Shown: positions 36,025-49,560, numbered from the whole stretch's first letter. The stretch is 63,537 nucleotides of DNA, filler included, from Octopus bimaculoides (GCF_001194135.2; 6 parts of 5 records of this genome joined end to end with filler, not necessarily neighbours in it), one strand, 5' to 3'. A program made the numbers and translations. Notes: a model not told the origin generated them from the sequence alone.

Positions 36025-38700
36025 TAATTAAAATTGAAGATAATACGACGTTTGTTGTTACTGTAGTTGACGAGAATCGAAACTGTGATGCCGAATCACT
36101 TCACCTGTAACATTACTTTTATTTTATTATTTAATATTTGCAATGAACTTTTTAATTACTGTCAGTGAATTGAAATTACTTATGCAATAATTTCTTAAAT
36201 TAATTACGAACACACTTTACTGCTTTAGCAATCAATAATAATGAACTTCTATTTAAAACACTTTAAAATCCAAAATTTACCTTTTACTTTATGAAATTTA
36301 TTTAAAAGAAATAACATTCCTTAGTAGAGTAATTTTATAACCAATTTAAAGTGAGAATTAATCGGAACAAACTGAATATTTCATTTGAAAACATTTAGAT
36401 CTAAAAACAGATATAAATAAATGAAAACAAGATAAAAACGACAAAATCAGAAAAATAAAGTCAACAACAAAAAAACATGAAACCAAAACTGAAATAGAAG
36501 AATAAAACATGGAAACAAGGATTGAAGTAATTCAATTAGGAAACAAGCTTTTAGAATTACAATATAATGTTATTTTGGGATTGACTTTAATTATAATATA
36601 TTTGGATTTGTGAAATTCGAATTAACCATTAATCGTAGTATATATGTAATTTCAACAGTACATCTTCCAATTTGTAACCATGAAATTCAAAGTAAATATA
36701 CTTCCCCTGGAATCTTTATGGCTCTTTTATTGTTAAGGCACTATTAAAGGAAAAAGACATAAAATGGCAGGGTTTAGGCAAAATTATTTCCTTCGCATCT
36801 TTGTCTGAATAACAATGACAAAGATAAAACGAAAGAAAGAAGGATATGTATTAGTATTCTTCAATATAAAAGACGTTGGAAAAATGGTAACAAAGAAGAA
36901 AACGATTAAAGAACATAGAGTGTTTAATTCTAAACTCTGATTTCCGAATTGAAATACAAACCACTGGCGTCGATATTACTGCTCGTAAATACAGGAGGAG
37001 TCGATAAAGTATGCAGCAGTTATGTACAAAAGAGCGGGAGGATCTAATCAGTAAATAATGCGCACGACAATTGCTCTTCTTTCAGATTAGTTTTGTTTTG
37101 TTTAGCTTAGTGTGAGTGTGTATGTATACATGCATGTATGTACGATTATGCAGGTATGTATATCTTTGGGAAATTAAGAAAATCTCGAATACAGGACAAT
37201 GACTGCGGAAAGCTTTTTTTTGACGGAACAATGCGGCCAGTAGCCGCTGATGAGAATCGAACTCTGTTCTTCCACTGTTCCACCTGTAGGGGTAATATTT
37301 ACCCGATTTTGTAGAAATAAAATGCTTGTTTTCACAGCTATTCTCCCATTTTTCTTAATGTTTTTTTAAAAAAAGAATCAACTTAAGGTTTCTATGTTTG
37401 TATATAAAAACATGCTCTCATATACATATTTATAATTACATACACACACACACACACACATATACTCACACACACACATATATATATACTCACACAAGTG
37501 GTTAAACCGAATAACATGGAACCCAAATCATTTAAGATTCACATAAACTTATATTCAAACATTAAAAACCGTACAGCATAAACTCTTGGTAATCAATATT
37601 ATATTTGCTTCCAGACAAGGTAGAACAACCGTTTGCTTGTAATTATGTCACTGGTGCTGTTTCTGTAGATTCAGAATTTAGGAGAATTTGATTTGAACTC
37701 GAAATCACTTGTCTGAGAGATACTGGTTAATTATAAAATGATTTTGTTACTAACAACCGTGAAATATGCCTATAACTAAGATAATAGTAAAGCTACATAG
37801 AGTTTTCACTTGAGAAATCTTACTGTTTCACTCTATATAAATTTCCAGCTTATGGGCATAGTTTGGTGAAAGTGACGAAATCCGAAACGCCGGTCTTTCG
37901 ATTGATGTCAAAAGTATACCATGACTGTCAGAAGCGACATGCAAAGATAACAAAGAAGGTATTAAATTCTGAGATTGAACTGAATAAGATGCTTATCAAA
38001 AATAGCCTGGATCCCTGCCATTTTATTATATAAGTCGCAGACATTTTCAGAATGCCAAATTTCATTCAATATATATAATATAGAGTGAAGACAAACGGCT
38101 AGGTTGTTTGCTTTGTTACTCAAGAATATCAAGATAGTTAGCGGCAGATATAGAAATATTAATATTGGATGTATTTAAGCCAAAAGTCTATTTGTTGGCG
38201 TTGGAGCAAAGAATAATGTTTCGAAATGACAAAACGCCAGATCCGCGAGGTGGAATAGCAAATAGCAGGTTTGGATATTTTGGAAAATATTTCTTTGAAC
38301 GGAAAGTATTTCGTTATCAGCATTAAAACTATTCAGTAAGTGTGTGTGTATGTGTGTGGTGGTGGTGGGGTATTAGGGTGATTGTAATTGTGGCTGTGAT
38401 GGCGTTGGGAAACCTACAGGATTATGATGGATTATATTTGGTAGTAGATGGAGTTGAGTATATAGCATCATCTATCGTGTCGATAGCAGACATTATATCA
38501 TTATAATATATGTATTTATGTATTTGTGACTGTAGGTTTTGGTGGTGGTATTTTTGCTTGCCAACTGATGGTGATAACAATTGTGGAAGTGTAATGATGC
38601 AGTGCTAGTTGTAATGTAATGCTAATTTTTTTCTTGGGGTTACTACAATTTTCCATTACTAAATGTAGCCCTGTGCATGTATAAAACTGTATTCTGAAGT

Positions 38701-38920
38701 TATCGAGCTGGCAGAATCGTTAGCGCGCCGGGCGAAATGCTTAGCAGTATTTCTTCTGCCTTCGCGTTCTGAGTTCAAATTCCGTCGAGGTCGATTCTTA
38801 CCTTCCATCCTTTCGACGTCGATAAAATAAGTACCACTTGAGTACTGGGGTTGATGTAATCGACTGCTCCCCCCCCCCCCCGACATTTCAGACCCTGTGC
38901 CTATAGTAGAAAGGAGTATT
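38701..38920 (+). mobile_element. SINE family C, near full length
   Basis: tRNA-like head with B-box GAGTTCAAATTCC; core GAGGTCGA…CCTTCCATCCTTTCG…GTCGATAAAATAAGTACCA. Confidence 0.88.
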
Positions 38921-40089
38921 AGTGATGCAGCTACAGCTATGGTGTTGCGTAACGGTGTGGTGTTCTAATATGCGGCAGTAGAGCTGAAAGTAATGCTGAT
39001 GGTTACTAGAAAATATAATTTTCTGAGATTAACGTTTATGGCATCTTCAAACAGCAGTGTTCTGAAAACTAGGTCGGTTCAATAAAGTTTATTGGCTGGG
39101 AAATTTTAAATGGCTGTGAGTGACTTATAGAGCGCTAGCTTCATGTGGATGGGGAAACGTACATTTTAGATGACATAATATACGAGTTACGATGAGAACA
39201 ACTACGGAAAAATGCGTTTGTGAAACAAAGGATTAAAGTAGGGAAAATAATACACTCACACACAATAGTCTTGTTCATACCATGAAAATGTGAAGGATTT
39301 GTGAAGATGTTTGTTAGATAATATAATGGTGAGTCCCGAAATGGATACATATATAAATTATAGAAGTTAATATTGGGTTAAAAACACTTTTGGATGAAAA
39401 ACGAAAGATGCAATGCGAACTCATATCTCTTGTATTACCATTAGCCTTTGTCTTATAGAAATATGATGGGTAGAGTAAAAACATCGCTTATTAAACGGTT
39501 TCACCCATCAGTGTTTGATAGAAATCCCCTTGACTTTACGTGTATAAATAATCAATATGTATTCCACGGTTCGATTTGAACTCAGCACAACAGTCTTGGT
39601 AATCATAGTTGCAAGCCGTATCATGTAAACTACTTTACAGTTTAGTGAAACATTCCCATGACGATTACGTATTTTAGAAATGTAGTTAACGCTCAGTATC
39701 AAACGTTGAACCGCAGCTATTACGGATCGTTGCGATCATACAGTGACATCAGTATCGAAATATGAAATAATTACAATTGCCAATTTGTCAAGGGAGACAT
39801 ATATAATTACTTATACTAGATAGCATTGGATGAATGCTATCCCATATACGTAATCATATTAGTTTCTCATATTACATTATGGTGGTCGCTGAACAATGTA
39901 TTAGCGGATCGACATTTGATACATGATGAGGTGTCCATTTCTAAACCATTTAATTCTTATCGACAAACGATATCGCTTATAAGATACATAGTACTATAAT
40001 AGAATTATGTAGAAATACAGAGTGTGATCACCCCAACTAATTGGCATTAAACCACTCACAGACACGCCCTAGCTTCTCACGCGTTAGTA

Positions 40090-40400
40090 CCTTGTCCCTT
40101 CTCCATGATACTTCCACCGTTATTAGAATGGACTCTTCGTTTCCGAGTCGGCTGGAATCATGTCATTTTCGATGAGGCATTCACGATCCACAGGTCTCTC
40201 CCTTCACTTATCCTCCTCTTTGAGTCTATTTGTAGTTACTCACTAATCGTTTTCTTAGTCCTTCCTCTTCCAAAATATGGTCTCTCTGAAATATCCTCCC
40301 TGCTCATACCTGTTTCCATAATAGCTACTTCCAAATGTTCAAGAAGAAAATTGATAACGTCTATCTCACCTGTCGTGAAGGATGTGCGATACCATGAGCA
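40090..40400 (-). mobile_element. RTE-like LINE 3' remnant
   Basis: SWYRT…FGRGRTKKTISE…GRDLW resembles the RWxGH…RGRPKKTW…DRxxW ending of RTE ORFs. Confidence 0.45.
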
Positions 40401-40680
40401 CTGACTCTCGGTCGCAGGATCGCGGTTTCGATTCCCAGACCGGACGTTGTGTGTGTTTATTGAGGGAAAACACTTAAAGCTCCACAAAGCTCCGGCAGCG
40501 GGGGTCGCGACTCCTGTTGTACTCTTTCACCTCAGCTTTCTCTCACTCTTTCTTCTTGTTTCTTCTGTAACGCTGCGATCGACTGGTGTCCCGTCCAGCT
40601 GGAGGGAACACATACGCCATATAAACCGGGAAACCGGGCCCATGAGCCTGGTTAGGCTTTAAAAGAACGAGAAAAGAAAT
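40400..40680 (+). mobile_element. SINE family B, variant tail
   Basis: 5' part matches about 54940-55090; 3' part differs (CTGCGATCGACTGGTGTCCCGTCCAG…). Confidence 0.8.
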
Positions 40681-42669
40681 ATATATATATATAAATATAT
40701 ATATATATATTTAAACATATATGTACGTATATATATAAATATATGTATATATATTTAAATATATATTTATGTATATGTATATATTTAAANNNNNNNNNNN
40801 NNNNNNNNNNNNNNNNNNNNNNNNNNNNNNNNNNNNNNNNNNNNNNNNNNNNNNNNNNNNNNNNNNNNNNNNNNATATATATATATATATATATATATAT
40901 TTAAATATAAATGTATGCACACGCACACTCTGACATATATGCCCCACACAGATGCACACGAACACATACATACGTGCATACATGTTTACTTTCAGACGAC
41001 ATAATCTTTGAAAGATATAAAAGTCAAGATATTTTGTTAAAATATTAATAACATGTCTGCGACAGTTTAAGTACATGTTGAACTGTTCAGTCGAGTTGAT
41101 AAATTATCCTAGACAACTGTATTTACAGGATCATTGGTTGGAGTGGCAGTGGCCATGTCGTGGTCGTTTAAACCAAGTTCAAACCAAGAATGATCACATT
41201 CCTTATTCAAAATGTGCCAGACTGATTTATCATTTTCTATGTTTCTTTCCTTTTTGTTTTCTTGTTTCTTTGTTTCTGTCTGTACGTCCATAGTATACAT
41301 ATCGTATTGTATTTTATTTTAGCCTTTCTCTGCCTACCTGTCTCTCCCTTCTCTCTCTCTCTCTCTCTCTTTCTCTCAACGCTTAATGTCAATCATTGTA
41401 ACCGGTGCAACTTTAAATCTCATTTATTATCCCTTAAAATTACCACAAAGCAGGGGTTTTCTTCATGCAGTAGTTCGGGTCGAATTTGGATCTCTCTGCG
41501 ACGTTTGGCAAAGATTCGTTGAGAAATGGCGACGTTGTTACAAGACAAATCTGGACACCTATAAAAGTGAGAGGACGAGATGGGTGGTGGAAATATTATC
41601 ACGTACTGAACGTACAAATCGCAGCACTGTAACCATTACTGCAATTATATATATATATGATAATATTCGAAATTTCGAAGTGTTTATTAATACATTTGAC
41701 AATAGATTTTACATTTATCGACAGTTGTTTTATAGTAAAGGTCACGTAAGTAAAATCTGCAAGAACATATATGGTAGTATGAAAGATATAAAGTCTGTTA
41801 TCTAATTTTGATATAGAACGTATTATGAACAAAGGATCCTGGCGTGATTTTCAAAGAATAACATTAAAAATTAATTATCAATTGTTATCTCATATGTTAG
41901 ATGTTGTATGTTATGTAACAAAGGTCAAATAAGTGAGAAGTAGAGGAAGAGATGAATTAGTACGAAAGGTGATACATAGGTGAACAGGTGTAGTGGTGTT
42001 TAATGGAAATAATGTTGGCAATATACGGAAATATAAGAGGGAAAATGTATGTTGAACATTACTATAGTTATCAGAGTATTAAATAAACTTTAGTTAATTT
42101 AAATTGTCTATTCTGGGTACTAATGAAATGGTTTGCATCTGTAGGTTTATTGTTTCTCGAATAACGACACATTAGGGCATTGCTAGTTTGAAATTCCACT
42201 CATTCTGTATGCATGCAAACATCCATCCACCCATACATATGCATATATGTATGTATATATGTATGCATACAGAAACTATGATACAAATAAACAGATAAAA
42301 CTGCTTGGGCGTGAGATACAAAATATATATACATGTATACATGTGAATAAAGAAAAAAGCAAACAGATTTTCAGATGATTCACAAACATATATATATATA
42401 TATATATATATATANNNNNNNNNNNNNNNNNNNNNNNNNNNNNNNNNNNNNNNNNNNNTTAATTAATTAANNNNNNNNNNNNNNNNNNNNNNNNNNNNNN
42501 NNNNNNNNNNNNNNGTGTTCAACTGGTACCTATTTTACCGACCCCAATAGAATGAAAAGGAAAAAATTAATCTCGGCAGTATTTGAATTCAAAACACCTC
42601 TTACAATCATATCTTTCTAAAGTCTTGCATAATATTGTCATTTCTGTCTTTGGCCAAAACTCTTTTGGT

Positions 42670-42810
42670 TTAACTTAGTGGTTCGGCAAAAGTGACCGAT
42701 AGAATAAGTACTAGGCTCCCAAAGAATAAGTCCTGGGGTCTATTTGCTCGACTAAAAGGCGGTGCTCCAGCATGGCCGCAGTCAAATGACTGAAACAAGT
42801 AAAAGAGAGA
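42670..42810 (+). mobile_element. SINE family A, 3' half
   Basis: GGTTCGGCAAAA…GATAGAATAAGTACTAGG…CAAATGACTGAAACAAGTAAAAGAG. Confidence 0.88.
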
Positions 42811-42825
42811 ATATAGTGTCAGAGC

Positions 42826-43260
42826 TTTTGTCTTCCAAGAAAGTAATATCCTGCAACGCATTTGTGGTACCAGTATTGGAACAAACATTTGAGATACTTA
42901 TCTGGTCTATGCGACCTATACATGTTATTTCCAGCAAGATCGTGACCTCTACTGGAAGCTTCCTTAGAAATAGTGATATTAGCTGTCTCTAACTCTTGAA
43001 CATGAGAGGAAAGCGCTTAAAATCAGGTTAAACAGCTTGTGCGTGTCGTACGAGGTATCAATCAGCATCTGTTGAGCAACAGCAATAAATAAATAAAAAA
43101 AATATATTGACAAAGTCCTCGCAAGTGAAGAGAACATCATATGGGTCGGAAGTGAAATCTGCAAGATGTACTTGCTTCCCGTTGACCTTTCATGCAAACC
43201 CAGACTAGTGTACCTCACTAAAAACCAAGAAGAGAACTACTCCACCTACCAAAGAAAAAA
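42826..43260 (+). mobile_element. RLE LINE family 2 fragment (RT thumb)
   Basis: CNAFVVPVLEQTFEILIWS…TSTGSFLRNSDISCL, homologous to 10876-11100. Confidence 0.65.
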
Positions 43261-44005
43261 AAGGGTTGTGCGTGGGTATATTTCACGCAAACTTGTGTAT
43301 GATGCTAAAATTAAGATGAGCTGGGTTTATAGTCGTTGCACCACGTGACATTTCGAAGGTTATGCGTTTGCAATACAGAAACAGGAGATAGCTACAAAAA
43401 GCAATTTGAAAATAAGTACAAAATGCAACAGTAATTATATGCAAGATTTTCTGAAGTTCAACGGATAATTTGTCACCGTTTTTTTAAAATCCGAATTCCA
43501 TTAATGGAGTTTTATTTCTTTGTTAGAAAATGGTTCCTTATTTGTTGGGAAAATTCATTCAAATAATAATAATGATGATGATGATAATAAAAACAACATT
43601 CATAAAATAACATAGCGATTGGAACTTGTTCTGCGGGAAATATCTAAGTAAACACTTTGAATAACACACGTGTTTCAATGTAAGGTTGTGTGTGTGTGTG
43701 TGTGTGTGCGCGTGTATGTGTGTGTTTGAGAGAGAAAGTTAATAGCCATTTGTGTGTGTTAGAATTCGTATGTGAAGTGTGTGTATATACGAGTGTGTGT
43801 ATATACGAGTGTGTGTATGAGGCAGTATACGTACGTTTGTATATTTGTGACTTTTTTTCTTCTCCCTAATTAATTCTCTCCACTACTCTCTCGTTCTCCG
43901 TCTCCCTCTTCTATATTTCTCTGCATATCTATTCAACTCCCCCTCTTCGTTTTTACTCTTTTCAACATCTGCTTGTTTTCCCTCGGAATTTCCTTTTGTC
44001 TTTTT

Positions 44006-44067
<62 letters not shown>

Positions 44068-44238
44068 TACCTGCTCACTAACATCCTTCACGCTCTCGCA
44101 TTCTCTCACAAACACACACATGTATACAAACACATTGCACATAGTACAAACATATATACACATAGTACATACTTATATACACATAGTACATATATACGTA
44201 CATGGAATCGGGCATGCATGTATATATTTATATATATA

Positions 44239-44442
44239 CAGTAATCCCTCACCATATCGCGGTTTATTATTTCAGCTTACGTCGATTCCTCCGTGGTGTT
44301 ATTTTGCATTTATAATAAAATAAATATATACAAATTATAAAAATTTAAAAAAGATATACAGTGCAGTACGGTTTCTACTTCGCGGATTTTCTTTATCGTG
44401 GGGAATTTTGGAATGTAATACCCGCGATAGTCGAGATTACTG
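44239..44442. mobile_element. Pogo/Tigger-like MITE
   Basis: TIRs CAGTAATCCCTCACCATATCGCGG and CCCGCGATAGTCGAGATTACTG; TA on the left side. Confidence 0.75.
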
Positions 44443-44536
44443 TGTGTGTNNNNNNNNNNNNNNNNNNNNNNNNNNNNNNNNNNNNNNNNNNNNNNNNNNN
44501 NNNNNNNNNNNNNNNNNNNNNNNNNNNNNATATATA

Positions 44537-44670
44537 TAGGCGCAGGAGTGACTAGGTGGCACCTTGGAAACGTGTCCTCTACAGCCTCGGGCCGACCAAA
44601 GCTTTGTGAGTAGATTTGGTAGACGGAAACTGAAAGAAGCCCGTCGTATGTATGTGTGTGTGTGTGTGTG
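44537..44670 (+). mobile_element. SINE family A, internally deleted
   Basis: AGGCGCAGGAGTG…GGCCGACCAAAGCTTTGTGAGTAGATTTGGTAGACGGAAACTGAAAGAAGCCCGTCG. Confidence 0.88.
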
Positions 44671-44878
44671 TATCTCTGTTTCTTTAATCATTCATGCGTT
44701 ACTTTTTCAGCATAATTATCTCACTCCATCAACAAACACATCAACGCAGATGTGCATAATGTGTAGCTGTTTATATAACACACGTATATACGTACACTTA
44801 CTTATACATACACATATACACACACGCAAGCAAAAACACATACACGCTCGTACTTTTATCTATTTATCTATCCCAATC

Positions 44879-44913
<35 letters not shown>

Positions 44914-45088
44914 GTTTATATATGGAAGTTTGCTCTAATGTAATGTTATTTACATGTACGACACATAATTCTATTCTGGCACCAGTATTGAATCCTTTTA
45001 ATCAAAAGCTTGTTATTTATCAGTAACAACCTCAAAAATTGATATATTAGCGTTGCTAACCGGTCGAGCCTTAGATGCAACCAACGTA

Positions 45089-45197
<109 letters not shown>

Positions 45198-45257
45198 CAT
45201 ATATTTATATTTACATGTATGTGTATATATATATATATAATATACCATATTATATAT

Positions 45258-45648
45258 AGGAGTGGCTGTGTGGTAAGTAGCTTGCTTACCAACCACATGG
45301 TTCCGGGTTCAGTCCCAATGCATGGCATCTTGGGCAAGTGTCTTCTACTATACCCTCTGACCGACCAAAGCCTTGTAAGTGAATTTGATAGACGGAAACT
45401 GAAAGAAGCCCGTCGTATATTTTTATATGTATGTGTGTGTATATGCTTGTGTCTTTGTGTTTGTCTCCCCAACATCGCTTGACAACCGATGCTGATGTGT
45501 TTACGTCCCCGTAACTTAGCGGTTCGGCAAAAAGGGACCGATAGAATAAGTGCTAGGCTTACAAAGAATAAGTCCTGGGATCGATTTGCTCGACTTAAGG
45601 CGGTGTTCCAGCATGACCGCAGTCAAATGACTGAAACAAGTAAAAGAG
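45258..45648 (+). mobile_element. SINE family A, full length (reference copy in this window)
   Basis: tRNA-like head (TGGCTGTGTGG; GGGTTCAGTCCC), central core, internal TG repeat, 3' domain ending GTAAAAGAG. Confidence 0.92.
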
Positions 45649-46109
45649 TATATATACTTATGTATATGGATAAGATCGCATGACCTAGTGGTTAGGATGC
45701 TGCTCTTACGATCGCAAGGACGATACTCTTTCATCTTAGCTACTTTGTCTACCTCCGAAAGCCTCCACAATTTTTTATTAATATGAAAATATTGGGTCAT
45801 CTCATAAATAATGCGGTTTTTTATACTTTTATTTTTCAAAATTAAGATAAAGTTCTTGTTTAGTCTAAAAATATATTCTTCTTCACTTTCTACAATGCTC
45901 TTTCATCTATCTGGTAGACTTGCAAGGCCCCTTTACCAAAATTCCGAAACGTTGTGTTAACATCAAACAAGATGAAGACAAATATCCGTCAAATGTAAAT
46001 AATGTACATAATTCTTCATCTCTTAAATGTAGAATTGAAATTGGTTATACTTCAACAAAATTTATTTTAACAATTATTTTTATACATTTCCTAATAATAT
46101 TTAATTATA

Positions 46110-46660
46110 AAAATGTTTCGAGTGGCATGGGCGCTTCAAAATCGAAAGAACGTTCCTGGAAGAAGATGAGCGATCTGGAAGACCTGCCACGAGTGTCACA
46201 TCCGGAAATATGGTCTTGTGCATGACGAATTCGTCCTCTAGGGCCAAACCGTCGATCGAGAGTTCTGCTGCGACGTTTTGAAGTATTTGAAGGAGGATAT
46301 TCGGCGAAAGTGAATCTGTGGAAGGCAAAGAATTGGATTCTTCATAACGACAGTGAACCCTGTCATCGAGCTCTCCTCACGCGTGAGTTTTTCGCCAAAA
46401 ACATGTTATCGCTTCTGCACTCGCCCTATTCGCCAGGTTTTGCAGCGGCGGACTTATCTCTCTTTCTCAAGATGACAATGCGGCTCAAAGGTCGCCGTTT
46501 TGACACCGATGTCAAGATTGAGAGCGAATCGCAGAAGGTCTTCGATTCGCTTATGGAAAATGACTTCCAGGCCGGATTCAAAAGAGGCAGAAACACTGGG
46601 ACCGGTGTATTGCTTCACAAGGTGAGTATTTCGAAGAAGATGTTATTAAACCTTCGGTAA
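46110..46660 (+). mobile_element. Internally deleted mariner transposase
   Basis: CFEWHGRF…EDERSGRPAT joined near 46200 to VHDEF…WILHNDSEPCH…HSPYSPGFAAAD…LKGRRF…WDRCIASQGEYFE. Confidence 0.9.
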
Positions 46661-46694
46661 ATAAGTTATTATTTTTCTAAACATAAACGTGAAA

Positions 46695-46793
46695 TAAAGC
46701 GGCTTGCTCAAGGACACAACGTGCTGCCAGAAAACGAACCTTCGACTCTTCGATCTTAAACCGAATATCCTTACTAAGTCACGCACCTTCACG
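46695..46793 (-). mobile_element. CORE-like SINE (family D), 5' part
   Basis: Reverse GTGAAGGTGCGTGACTTAGT…GTTGTGTCCTTGAGCAAG, a CORE-domain-like stretch. Confidence 0.65.
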
Positions 46794-46920
46794 TATGCAT
46801 GCACACACACATACATACACACATACATACACACATACATGCACACATACATGCATGCATGCATACACACATACATGTGCACATGCATACACATACATAC
46901 AAACACACTCATATACACGT

Positions 46921-47110
46921 ACACACATTTTTATATATAGCACATACACTCATAAGCACACATACATACGTACATACATACATACGCACACACATTTTTA
47001 TATATAGCACACTCATAAGCACACACATACGCGTACACACATACGCACAGATTTTTATATATAGCACAAATACACTCATGAGTACATATACATACGTACA
47101 TACACATGCA
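46921..47110 (+). repeat. Minisatellite, about three 60-65 bp units
   Basis: TTTTTATATATAGCAC…ACTCAT(A/G)AG…CATACG repeated three times. Confidence 0.85.
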
Positions 47111-47326
47111 TATAGAAACACTCGTTGATGAATGTACGGAAGCAAACATATTTTCATTTGGACATGTTTCGTGACGCCAGAGAATCTGTAGACAAGTGTG
47201 TTTGATGACGTCATCACCGTTGATCTGCTATTGTATTATATCGTAGTCTATAAAACTATAGCAGTTGTGAATGCAACAGAATACAACGTTCTATTGTTAT
47301 CAATTCTATGTATGTATGTACCTAGA

Positions 47327-47357
<31 letters not shown>

Positions 47358-47358
47358 G

Positions 47359-47464
<106 letters not shown>

Positions 47465-47489
47465 CATGCATATGAGTATGTGTGTATGT

Positions 47490-48118
47490 ATGTCATTACT
47501 CATTTTATTTCAAAATTTTTTGCCAATAAAGAACCGGTTTCTAACCTAGATCCAAGACCCCTTCATTGGAATTTCAACATAACAGGGTATTTTGTATGTA
47601 TGCAGATAGGTATGTATGTATTTATGCAAGTGTGGAGGCATGTATGTATGTGTAAGTATGTATGTGTATATGCATGCATATATGTATGTCATTATTCATT
47701 TTATATCGAAATTTTTTGCCAATAAAGAGCCGGTTTCTGACCTAGATCCAAGGTCCCTCCATTGGAATTTCAACATCAACAGGGTATTTTGCTTGTATGT
47801 ATGTATGTATGTATGTATGTATGTATGTATATGTGCTGATTTGTATGTCTTCTCATTCATATATTTGCATATCTAGACATGCTCATGTATGCTTAAATAA
47901 TAAGTTTCTGGAAAGTTTTACAGATTTTTGCAGTTCCAGTGATGGCTTGAATCTGTAATCTTCGAATCAACTTTGTCCCTTCTGGTTTTGAGAAGCCTAA
48001 TTTCTCAAGATTGGTATTCAGGCAGTGTGTTACATATCCCAAGGCTCCAATTACAGATGTGAACCCGAACTTGTAATCTAGATAGAGTAACTGCAGATTT
48101 CTCAGTAGTTCAGCGTAT
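47490..48118 (-). mobile_element. RLE LINE family 2: 5'-truncated copy plus a second 3' terminus, both in (CATA)n
   Basis: YAELLRNLQLLYLDYKFGFTSVIGALGYV…LQIQAITGTAKICKTFQKLII*; terminal ~110 bp duplicated at 47687-47795 and 47490-47600. Confidence 0.85.
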
Positions 48119-48159
48119 GTATGTATGTATGTATGTATGTATGTATGTATGTATGTATC

Positions 48160-48300
48160 TCTTAGTCATTAGACTGGCCATGCTGGGGCACTACCTTGGA
48201 GGGTTTAGTGGAATAAAACGATCCTAATACTTATTCTTTTTAAAGTGTGGGTCCTTATTATATAGGTCCGTTTGCCGAACCGCTAGGTTACTGAAACGTA
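48160..48300 (-). mobile_element. SINE family A, degenerate 3' half
   Basis: TTTGCCGAACCGCTAGGTTAC; GGCCATGCTGGGGCACTACC. Confidence 0.7.
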
Positions 48301-48309
48301 ACATAGGAT

Positions 48310-49555
48310 GTCGTCAGGCACTCACAACCCTCTACCAGTCGGGCAATGGGATCGGTGGATGTTCCGCTTTAGAAATTTATAGAGGATTAGTGGCGGTGAA
48401 GTGCGACGACGTTCTTGGGAAGACTCTGGGCGCCGACGAGAACGAACTGGCTTGTCTGTTCTGAAAGACTTTCCGGTCGGAAACTATCATAGATAGTTTC
48501 TAGACGTCCTTAGCCTGGCAGTGCTACTGGGGGTCGCTACCGGTTCGAGATAAAATCTTGAGGCACGGACGTGTTGTTAGACAGACTTGTCTGAGGTGCG
48601 CGCAGAGTGGCAAAACCGTTCTGCGCATCCTCGTTTAGTGTCCNNNNNNNNNNNNNNNNNNNNNNNNNNNNNNNNNNNNNNNNNNNNNNNNNNNNNNNNN
48701 NNNNNNNNNNNNNNNNNNNNNNNNNNNNNNNNNNNNNNNNNNNNNNNNNNNNNNNNNNNNNNNNNNNNNNNNNNNNNNNNNNNNNNNNNNNNNNNNNNNN
48801 NNNNNNNNNNNNNNNNNNNNNNNNNNNNNNNNNNNNNNNNNNNNNNNNNNNNNNNNNNNNNNNNNNNNNNNNNNNNNNNNNNNNNNNNNNNNNNNNNNNN
48901 NNNNNNNNNNNNNNNNNNNNNNNNNNNNNNNNNNNNNNNNNNNNNNNNNNNNNNNNNNNNNNNNNNNNNNNNNNNNNNNNNNNNNNNNNNNNNNNNNNNN
49001 NNNNNNNNNNNNNNNNNNNNNNNNNNNNNNNNNNNNNNNNNNNNNNNNNNNNNNNNNNNNNNNNNNNNNNNNNNNNNNNNNNNNNNNNNNNNNNNNNNNN
49101 NNNNNNNNNNNNNNNNNNTGTGTGTGTGTGTGTGTGTGTGTGTCTGGTAGTATGTTTACGTCCCCGTAACTTAGCGGTTCGGCAAAAAGAGTCTGATAGA
49201 ATAAGTACTAGGCTTACAAAGAATAAGTCATGGGGTCGATTTCCTCGACTAAAGGCGGTGCTCCAACATGGCCGCAGTCAAATGACTAAAACAAGTAAAA
49301 GAGAGTGGGGTTCCTCGATTACCCCTAGAGGCGTTCCTGTATCAGGAGGGCCACATCTGTAGTATCCTTTCCCCTTTTTTACCTTTGTATGCTGTTCATA
49401 TGTCCCTTTTCCAGTGTATAACGTGTGTACTTTAATTTTTTATTTACCATTTCATTATCAAATGTAAACTCCCACACTTGGTCTGTCTCTGTATTGTGCC
49501 CCTCATCCTTCGCCCTTGTGGCAAATAAATCAAATCATCATCATCATCATTATTA
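48310..49555 (+). mobile_element. Tx1/L1-like ORF2 C-terminus and 3' UTR, interrupted by a gap and a SINE
   Basis: LAWQCYWGSLPVRDKILRHG…CLRCAQSGKTV, homologous to 14040-14180; end GCCCTTGTGGCAAATAAAT then (ATC)n. Confidence 0.75.
49140..49285 (+). mobile_element. SINE family A, 3' half
   Basis: GTTTACGTCCCCGTAACTTAGCGGTTCGGCAAAA…AACAAGTAAAAGAG. Confidence 0.9.
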
Positions 49556-49560
49556 TTTAA

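Noticed and set aside
36659-36691. 33-bp phase-1 exon candidate (HLPICNHEIQ), echoing LHLPLPEIQ at 10394
   Set aside because: Too short; the similarity is within chance.
37612-37730. Cadherin-like string PFACNYVTGAVSVDSEF…ELEITCLRDTG
   Set aside because: In-frame stop, no DRE or DxND motifs, and splice alternatives also hit stops.
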